This document shows, piece by piece, positions 35,949 to 43,929 of a stretch of 43,929 nucleotides of DNA. Position 1 is the stretch's first letter. Every line of letters begins with the position of its first letter. The stretch lies in the NCBI GenBank assembly GCA_013115125.1, contig JABANN010000279.1:1-43929 (forward strand), given 5' to 3'. This DNA comes from Perkinsus olseni (lineage: Eukaryota). The translations under genes and the position numbers were made by a program. The notes under the pieces were generated by a model, which was given only the letters and a program-made list of their open reading frames with translations, ran no database searches and had not been told where the DNA came from.

Positions 35949-38940
35949 TCAAGGGCCGAGCAGCTGCTTGTACAGACTGAAGTGCTTCTTCTTCTTAGGG
36001 TTGGAGCTCGACGGAGGCTTAGTGGAAGATCCCCTCGGGGTAGTGCTGCCGCTCTTCTTCGAGTTCGGTGTGCTCCAAGCGGACAGATTGGAATCGTTAA
36101 GGCCTGGAGTCGTCGAGCACCTAGAGCTCGTTGACTTCCTAGTGCGACTAGACCGCACAGTCGTGGCAGCACGACCAGCATAGTTAAGCGTCGATAGAGT
36201 CTCGCACTGATCACTCAGATTAGACGAGAGCGTCGAGAACATGAGGACCTTGCTCGCCTTGCCGCCCAACGCGTCCTGCAGTAGGAACGTGAGCTTGCTG
36301 CCTCGATAGGGTATGTACGGCTGTTGACGATCCTCCTCGCAGTCCGAGCTTTCTCGTAGGCCGCTCAAGACGTTACCAAGGCTCGTCAAGCTCTGGTTGA
36401 TATACGAGCTCTCCGACTTCGCGCCAGATGAAGCCCGGTCCAAATTACCGGCAGTGGAAGCTCTCTTCAGAGGGGTGTCGCTATTGCTCCACTCGCCTGA
36501 GGTCTTCAACCGCTCCGAGCCCGCCAGGTCCACAAACCATACTCGGCCCACTATGCGCTGTGGCGGGGACGCTAGCACCGCTGCTGTTACGACCAAGTGG
36601 GATCGTGACGAGCGTGGGTTCAGTCTATTCTGACCGACAGCACGATTCGCTCGGGCCTTGCTCAATAGCTCATGGGCTGACTCTAGGCTGTCGGCGGTAT
36701 GAACCTGGACGAGCTCGATTGGGGGCGACAGAGATGGGTCACAGCATCGCGGTAAAGTATAGAAGATCGCGGAAGCTTACTGTCACTCCTGGCAGATATA
36801 CGGTGTCCCCGAAAAGGCCCGTTTCCAATAGGCCACCCCCGGCGCCTCCGAACGAGCTCGTGTTACCCGGGGACGACAAAGCGATGGGGGAATGGTCAGG
36901 ATCTGCAGCTTTCGAAGGCTGCCCCCGCGACCGACGGGGTACCAGTTTCACCTGCCGCTGCACACTGACCGCCAAGTCAGAAGCGGTCCTCACCTCCAGC
37001 CGATTTTCAGCAGCGCCTTCGCACAGCAGCAAGTCCCGGACACTCTCGTTATACACTTCCACAACGCAGAGCGCTATAGAGAGCTTTCTGCCACTGATAG
37101 ACCTCTGCGACGCATTGAGGCGGTCCACCTCGGCGAACAGGAGCTCCAAGGCCCGAGGTACTAGCCCTCGGTCCTCTTCCGACACCCCTCCTTCGAGGGT
37201 GTGGGTCTTACCTGCTCACCATGCGAGGCAGCAGTAGTAGCGGGACGTGAGCGTCGGGAGTTCGCGAGCGCAGCCTCACCTGTACCAGTCTGGCCGTAGG
37301 CGAAGATGCAGAGGTTGGTGCAGCCCCTCGGCCTGTGCGGTCTCAGCGGGGACGCCATCCCGTTCGCCAGCTGGCCTTGGATATTCGAGGTCAATGCCTT
37401 GATCACAGGCGACACTTCGGCAAAGACATCCTCCTGCGTCGAGGTAGGAGGGAATACTGAACGGAAGCCGACATAAACCATGGCCGAGTTGATTCGAACT
37501 CAACCAGAGTCTGGAAAGCAGACACAAGTGATCTCTGAAGGAGAGCTCCTCACCAAAGTCAAAGTTGAACTCCGTCCTTCGGCTGTCGGGCACGACAACT
37601 CTAGTTCCGCAAGTACTGACGTCTAGTTCCAGCCTGATCGTCATTACTAGCATCAGTGCCCCACTGCTGGGCGAGGGCAAGTACAGCAGCATTACAGCTC
37701 GAGTGGGTCCTTTCCCTCTGTTCTTGGAGGTCGTATCCGACAGAAAACTCTCAGACCCCCTCGGAGCTCCTGTATCTAGACCTCGTCTGTTCAGCGTCCG
37801 CATCATCCACTAAGCCTGCCTTACTTCGTTACGCAAGTCCCGCGTCAACTCCCTCAGTGCATCACGTTCCTGCAGAATGCTCTTGAGGCCTTCGCAGACC
37901 TGAGCGAGGACCGAGCTACACGCCTGCGAGGAGAACCGAGGCACCTGATCGTCGCAGGTGACCACATCCCGACAGGCCTCATCCAAAGAGCCCACCAAAG
38001 AGGGCACATCGGTGATGGCCGCCTCCAGCCAGTCTCGGCAAGTACTCCCAACCTAATTGGCCTCACCCGTACGGCCGATGACTTCGTGAATACTACCCGG
38101 TCCCGCACAGCTTCGACAATTTCCTGCCTCCTGTGCTCGGCCAACAGGCACGACGGACAGCACTGGTTTAGTATGCTGCTCGACACAGTTGCTGCAACCT
38201 CATCTGCCAGTACTGACTCCCAATTGGGAACCATGATCTCGCCCGACTTGCCAACTGGGACTTCTCTTCCAACGCTAGCCAAGTGGTCTTGAGCGTCAGT
38301 TGGTAATTCTTCTCTTCGAGCAGCCTGGTGGATTCCTGGCCAGCAAAACACAGCCTCAGTGAGAAGGAGACGGAGCCTGCTCCTCTTCGGAACACTACTC
38401 GCCTACTGATACCGGACTCACGTATAGGGCATGCATCTCGTCATACAAGGCGTCCATTCTCTTGGCGTACTCAACCTGACAGCAGTATCACCAGCCTCAG
38501 TCTGTCCACAGACTCAACTCTAGTGAAGCGGACATGATTTATTAACAGGCATTCCAGCCAGCCTCCCCACCCGTCGGGTGGCACCCGAGCCATGTGGATT
38601 CCGCGAGTGACGATATCCTCCAAGGGCGGGCTACTTATTACCAGTAGTGGAAAAACGGGTTACACCAACGACACCTTCTTACCGATATCTCCTGAGATGT
38701 GCGCACGCAGGCTTCAAGGGGCTCATCAAAGAAACTGGTGGAGACGGAGGAGCGGGTAGACGACGCCGATGAACACACATCGATGCCGCTGCTGCTGCCA
38801 CATCGAGACGGGAACGGCGTCGACTGGCTCGCCTGAATGCAGCCCATGGGACTCGAGACCACGGTCGTTGGTCGAGGACCTTGCTGGCACTCTCTTCCCA
38901 CATGTCCTCTGCGCTTATCGGCTCGAATGTCATAGGAATA
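35949..38940 (-). CDS. Kinesin-14 (C-terminal motor) family protein, multi-exon; 5' end uncertain
   Basis: Coiled coil, then neck IQELRGGLRVFCRIRP, IFAYGQTGTGKTH, VEVYNESVRDLL, SSRSH, VDLAGSER, IPYRGSKLTFLLQDALGG. Confidence 0.92.
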
Positions 38941-39515
38941 TCCCCACTACTCCCGGCCATCCATGGCGGTGCATTGACCAATGCAACTCGACCCACCGAT
39001 GAGATGATGATATTTGAAGCTCAAAAAGTTAAGGCCTACGCCCTCTAGACCCCAACAGGCCGGCAAAAGCAACAGCAGTTGCCAAGGTTGGCACAGCAGT
39101 GCTATCAGCTCGGTGACCATGCGACAACGTTAGAGCGAATCCAGACCTTTGAGTAAAGCGAACGCCACCACCTACGACAATGATGCCACAACCACCACCA
39201 CCACAAGCATTGGCCGCCGCCACTATCCGAAGCCACTACGGCACGGCGACTAAGATAGTCATCGATCGTAGGGTCCAACTCCGGTAGCACTACAGAGCAG
39301 CCGATTGGAGACGAAGAGGTAGTAATGCAGAAAAGTGAAAATGAACGGACGGGGATCCGATAATATTACATCAGTGCTAGCCATCAATGCTGCTCATCCC
39401 TCGACTCTTAGCACAGCAGAGCGGATTATCGAGCGTACGAGCAGTACACCGGCTGACTGTGGAGAATGAAGTCAGAGACAAATCCCGATAAGGACCTCTG
39501 AAGGCTGCTGAGTTC

Positions 39516-39572
39516 ATGATGATGATGATGATGATAATAATGGTTATCGCTATTATTACAGTGATGATGATA
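39516..39572. repeat. (ATG/CAT)n microsatellite, imperfect
   Basis: atgatgatgatgatgatgataataatg...gatgatgata downstream of the CCCH gene. Confidence 0.8.
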
Positions 39573-39619
39573 TTAAGAAGAGGCCGGCTCACAAGCTGTC
39601 ATGTGCTAGCACTGTCCAC

Positions 39620-40906
39620 CTAGTCCTGATACACGGCATCTGTGGACGCACGTCGCAACTTCTCCACAGAGACGTTCGGGTAGAAAGACTCCCGCAGCTG
39701 CAGAGCACGACAATAGTCAGCATAATCTTGCGTAGCACCAGTGAAGCCACAGCACACACTAGAAGCAGCAGTGGAGGGCTGCGATGAGCCTATGCAGGCT
39801 AAGGGCGTGGACGCCACCGAATCAGCAATGTCGAACGGCATCACCACCGGGGAGTTGCTGCCACTCTGCTTACCATCACTGCCGTTGCAAGAGACACCAA
39901 CCGGCCACTCCGAGGTGTCAGTGGCTCCAGTGGCTTCGGCACTGATGGTCAATACAGTCTCCCGAACATTCTTACAAGAGCCATGCTGCCGCTGCTGCTG
40001 GACCGTGCCCTCCGCGACGCCTCGCTGGCTCTGTGAGAAGGCGCCACTGCTACTACCGCCACCCTTAGCAGGCCAATAGCCTTTAGAAGTCTGCTTGTTG
40101 TGGCCTTGACGATGGTTCTGAGGCCCTATCGGTGGAGTCTTGAGCAGGGATGAGCCATTGGTACCATCATCTCTCTTGACACGCTGCTGTTCCGGAGCCC
40201 ACTGGCCGCTGTGCCCTCGAGGTCGCTGTCTCGCAGTACTGTGGACGTAGGGACAGCCCTCACCCTTTCGGCAGAACCCACGGTTGAAGAAGACACACTC
40301 TCGCTGTTTACAGAACTCCAGGGCCTCCATCACTTCGCTTATACTGTGTCCGAAGCGGCATCCTGCGACGTGACATACTCGGCCCTCAGACAACGATCGG
40401 CACAGTATCGTCTTGCATCCCATCCCAGTGGGACTGCTGTGTTCGTGTAGTCCATTATAGTTGTTGATGGTGCCATTGGCTGGGCGTGGCGGCTGCTGCT
40501 GAACTTGAGAGCTATTAGCGTTGCCATCAGGCGAGGGACGAAAATGGTGCTGGAAAGGGCACCCGTCGCCTCTATGGCATCGACCGGAGGATTGATAAGC
40601 CCAGCATACACCTCGCGGCCCTTTGAAAGAGTTAGTAGAGAAGGGCCTACGACGACCACCACCAGATGCAGCCGCAGTAACACTAGCAGGCGGGACTGCA
40701 TCAGGATTAATAGATTCACTCCTGTTGCCCAAGACAGTCGGGCTCGTCTCCGGCACGGCGGACTGTAAATCGGGAGGGACCGCAGCGATGTGGTTTGCCA
40801 TGTGCTCTGAACGGGCAAAGACAACCTGAGGACCCTTATCCCAGCAAAATCGCAGAAGCTCCTCTGAAGAACGAAACAGCATTGGGTTTGAGCGTGTCGA
40901 GCCCAT
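39620..40906 (-). CDS. CCCH zinc-finger RNA-binding protein, intronless, 428 aa
   Basis: Three CCCH motifs: CWAYQSSGRCHRGDGCPFQH, CRSLSEGRVCHVAGCRFGH, CVFFNRGFCRKGEGCPYVH. Confidence 0.9.
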   Translation of the reverse strand: MGSTRSNPMLFRSSEELLRFCWDKGPQVVFARSEHMANHIAAVPPDLQSAVPETSPTVLGNRSESINPDAVPPASVTAAASGGGRRRPFSTNSFKGPRGVCWAYQSSGRCHRGDGCPFQHHFRPSPDGNANSSQVQQQPPRPANGTINNYNGLHEHSSPTGMGCKTILCRSLSEGRVCHVAGCRFGHSISEVMEALEFCKQRECVFFNRGFCRKGEGCPYVHSTARQRPRGHSGQWAPEQQRVKRDDGTNGSSLLKTPPIGPQNHRQGHNKQTSKGYWPAKGGGSSSGAFSQSQRGVAEGTVQQQRQHGSCKNVRETVLTISAEATGATDTSEWPVGVSCNGSDGKQSGSNSPVVMPFDIADSVASTPLACIGSSQPSTAASSVCCGFTGATQDYADYCRALQLRESFYPNVSVEKLRRASTDAVYQD

Positions 40907-41020
40907 AGCCTCTTTACTCGAACCCTCATATTGATCGCACTACCAACGACGGTCTTCCCTCTGGAGAAACACAGCATACAAATTTTACGTAGAGGGCAGA
41001 GGGGCGGCAGATAATACTCG

Positions 41021-43297
41021 TCATAGGCCAACATAATAGTAGCTACCATTGGTGTTCTGGACAGGCTTGACGCAGGGCGACGTTACGCACCACTCATACC
41101 ACATCTACAGGAAATCGCAGCAGTGATCATCATCAGGCGAGTGCAAAGCAGCTCACCCGTCGCGTAGTGTGATCGACTCGCCGCCAGATGTTCCACGTGA
41201 AAACTTGGCCTCGCTTAACCGTGATGGGAGAGGCCAATGGCAGGAAAATGGGGAACCAGGATACCTGAGCAACAAGCATGCCTGATAGGGGAGAGGCAGA
41301 TGCCGCCAGGAAGCGTACCATGTCCGGTGTATGCGTTTTCGGGTTGATAGACATGGTCACCGAACCGTAGAGGGAGCACTCAAAGTAGCCCTGGAGACCG
41401 TGGATGACAGCGTCGGCCTCGACAGGAAAGGACAAGGACTTGAACCTGACCACGACTCCAGTAGGCAAAAGCAGGGATGCACGCTCCATTGACCTGTCGC
41501 CAGAGTCGCTATGATCATCAGAATGGTCCTCGTCTGGCCGTTGGTGGTCGAAAGTGAAGACCTCCTGAGCCCCTACGCTTGGGGAGGGATAGAAGCATCG
41601 ATTCGTTATGACCACGAAGGGCGTGGAGAGTCTGAAATAAAGGCCAAGTGAAAACTGCGTGACTGCAGGTACGCTGCCAGTGAAGACAACCAACAGGACC
41701 CGAAGAACGACCTACCGCTTATCCGAGTTAGCCAGACCACCTGCCCCCAAAGCCGTGGTGGTGTCAGCCATCAAGGATCGTATGTCCGTCCACAGTGCTG
41801 GGCACATCATCGGCTGGCAGAACGACGTGTATCCTCGAGGGAAGCACACCTGATGGGAGAGGACGAGATCCATCGGCTGGTAGAACGCCGCCACCAACAC
41901 ACTACCCCATTGGGTTTGAGTATTCTCTTCAAGAAGGCGTCAGTGAGTAGCTCAGGGCTCGCCTCGTTGTCACCAAAACTGCCCAGAAATTCTGATATGA
42001 CCACGTCCAATGGCCCCGTAGAGGGAGTCCAATCCCGTAAGTCCGAGCAGACCACTTCGACCGAGTGAGCCTGAGGAAGTGCAAAGATGATGGCTGGTAG
42101 CCTTCCAGTCGCATCACTTTCCACTCATCTCTGTGCCGTGCTCGGGCCCGCAACGTCATCACTGCATCTTCATTCTTCTCTACAGCGTAAAAGATAACAT
42201 CACCGGCTTGCAGCGAGGAGGACTTTGAAATAGCCCTCAGTGCTGCTTCAACCAGGCCACCACGACCTGCAACCATCACAGCTCTCACGTTCGAGAGGTC
42301 CATCAAGCTACCTGCCCCAACGACCGCTATGGACAGCTTCGCATCTCTCTCGAGAGGACCCCTGTCGGCTAGGAACTCGGCAACAGCATGCTCATACAGC
42401 ATGTACTTAGTGAAGTCCTCCTCAAACGTCGCGTAGGTCGTGTTGTCTAGGTCGTCCTGGAAGCACCAACCAAGCCTGCATGGCCGCCGAGTCTACTAAA
42501 AACTTATGCGACGAGGATCCACTCACCTTAAGAGGCTGTAACGGTTGTTGAAGTATATCGTAGTAGGGCTCGCAGTACTTCTCATATCCGCTTGGTGAGG
42601 GCATCTTGTGGTACAGAGCCGAGACCGCCGCCTTCAACGGGCCAGCGAGATCGTCAGTCGCAGGCTGCAGCAGCACCTGCGCTTTCCTCTGCATCAGAGC
42701 TACTAGTAGGCGTTGATGGGCCGGCGTGCCGATCGTCCCTGCCCCCGTGAGGAGGTCCGAGGAAATTATGACAACCCTTACCGGCTCGCCCAGCCACCGG
42801 TCTGGACACGGTCCGAGATCTTGACTGAGGCTGAGCGCTATCGTGAGGGAGAGAGGGTGGTTCAAGAGGCTCCTCAAGGCATTCCACTGCGCCCACATGC
42901 CACTCGGGACCTCCTGCCACTGCTGCGAGGGAGTAGCTGTCGTGACCACCTCCCTCTTCAGCATGGCGGCGTAGTTGGCAAGGTCTGCTTCCGTCTCCAT
43001 CAGGGCCAAGGAAGGGAGACAGACTCCGTAGGTTGAAAGGTATCGGGCCCATGACAACTGTGGCTGCAGCTGAGAGACCGACGTGATGCGTCCGACCAAG
43101 GAGGACTGGCAGACCTTGGCCTCTATCGAGAGCATACTGTCTACAGCGTCGGAGTCGTGGACATTCAGAGGCACCGCAATATAATCGAAACCCATCGCGC
43201 CAGCGTCAGTGACTGCCGCCTGAGGCAATCGATCCCCGTCGAAGCATCGACCGAGGTAAAGCGGCGAAACGCCACCGTGAGGATGTGCGATCGGCAT
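41021..43297 (-). CDS. PRMT5: Protein arginine N-methyltransferase 5, multi-exon
   Basis: TIM-barrel N-terminus (WAQWNALR, RWLGEPV), LQQPLQPL/DDLDNTTYATFE, VVGAGRG, AVEKN, SEFLGSFGDNEASPE, THTPDM/VSWFPIFLP, WYEW...NTNGSYYYVGL*. Confidence 0.96.
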
Positions 43298-43585
43298 GGA
43301 GAGAGAAAACCCTGCGGAAGCGTGTGAAGAGCCTTCCCCTATACCACCGTCAACAACAACAACGCAAGACGCGAAAACGGAGACGAAAAGATTCCGGGCT
43401 AAAAGGGCCCGAGGGTAATGTTGTCTTTGTGAAATGGTGTACGATCATCAGCGGCTACGCGGTAATGTACCATTACAGCACTACTCTACCAAGAGAAAAA
43501 GTCTAACAAATTTTCCGTCATTCTCGAAGTCTACCCTGATAACCCTCGAAGGGAGTAGCTTGGCCACAGAGGACTGAGGAGAAGC

Positions 43586-43780
43586 CTACGATGAAGGCGT
43601 GAAAATGGATCCGCCGCCACCGGCAGTAGCAGAGGCAAAAGAGGGAGCCTCAGGATTCTGATGTCGTACAATCACCCCAGACTCCTGTTCTTTGACGAAG
43701 GAGCTTGATGATGGTGCAGACCTGTTCGCGTCGGCTTCCTCATTAAGCTGAGCTTGGATAAGTATACACCATTTCCAGAC
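43586..43780 (-). CDS. Probable terminal exon of a gene starting beyond the window
   Basis: AG acceptor at 43781-43782, then 65 open codons VWKWCILIQAQLNEEADANRSAPSSS...IFTPSS*. Confidence 0.5.
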   Translation of the reverse strand, partial: VWKWCILIQAQLNEEADANRSAPSSSSFVKEQESGVIVRHQNPEAPSFASATAGGGGSIFTPSS

Positions 43781-43784
43781 CTAC

Positions 43785-43913
43785 TTAGTAAAACCCCAGC
43801 CCAAATTAGTAAAACCCCAGAGCAATTTAATAAAGCCCAGCCCAAATTAGTAAAAACCCAGAGCGATTTAATAAAGCCCAGACCAAATTAGTAAAACCCC
43901 AGAGCAATTTAGT
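43785..43913. repeat. 20-21-bp minisatellite (about 6 units) with a 41-bp higher-order period
   Basis: Units ttagtaaaaccccagcccaaa / ttagtaaaaccccagagcaat / ttaataaagcccagcccaaa / ttagtaaaaacccagagcgat / ttaataaagcccagaccaaa / ttagtaaaaccccagagcaat. Confidence 0.92.
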
Positions 43914-43929
43914 CGGCACGCGAGATGCA

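Noticed and set aside
36428-37237. 269-aa plus-strand ORF and other long antisense ORFs (e.g. 35074-35619)
   Set aside because: Antisense shadows of kinesin and other coding exons in GC-rich DNA.
39377-39592. Poly-Ile 'membrane peptide' ORF
   Set aside because: Artefact of the ATC microsatellite.
43785-43913. Possible CRISPR array or telomere
   Set aside because: Units are contiguous with no unique spacers and are not perfect telomeric heptamers.

Overview
Gene-dense eukaryotic (protist) genomic DNA with many short (about 45-60 nt) GT-AG introns and about 100-bp intergenic spacers. Gene architecture and gene content suggest an alveolate such as Perkinsus (inference, not proven). About 22 protein-coding genes were assembled by hand. 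In order: PCNA and eIF2-beta (head-to-head); a minus-strand run (Cas1p/RWA-type O-acetyltransferase membrane protein, CYB5D1, TPT-family nucleotide-sugar transporter, Cid1-family nucleotidyltransferase, small orphan membrane protein); a plus-strand run of eight genes (mitochondrial L3, PSMD5, double PC-esterase/TBL-like protein, divergent NAGPA/DUF2233-like protein, THOC2, CCHC/RS protein, ProA, EXD1/Egl-like exonuclease); and a final minus-strand run (two orphan tandem paralogues, WD40-like protein, kinesin-14, CCCH protein, PRMT5, terminal exon next to a minisatellite intron). No rRNA, tRNA, CRISPR or intact transposon was recognised. The most notable observations are a possible split, plant-like RWA + TBL glycan O-acetylation module with a sugar transporter and a glycosidase-like gene nearby, polycistron-like directional gene clusters with a recurrent GTGTTGTG spacer motif, and candidate mitochondrial RNA-processing factors including a probable pseudonuclease. 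All exon assemblies and family calls are by eye; no searches were run.
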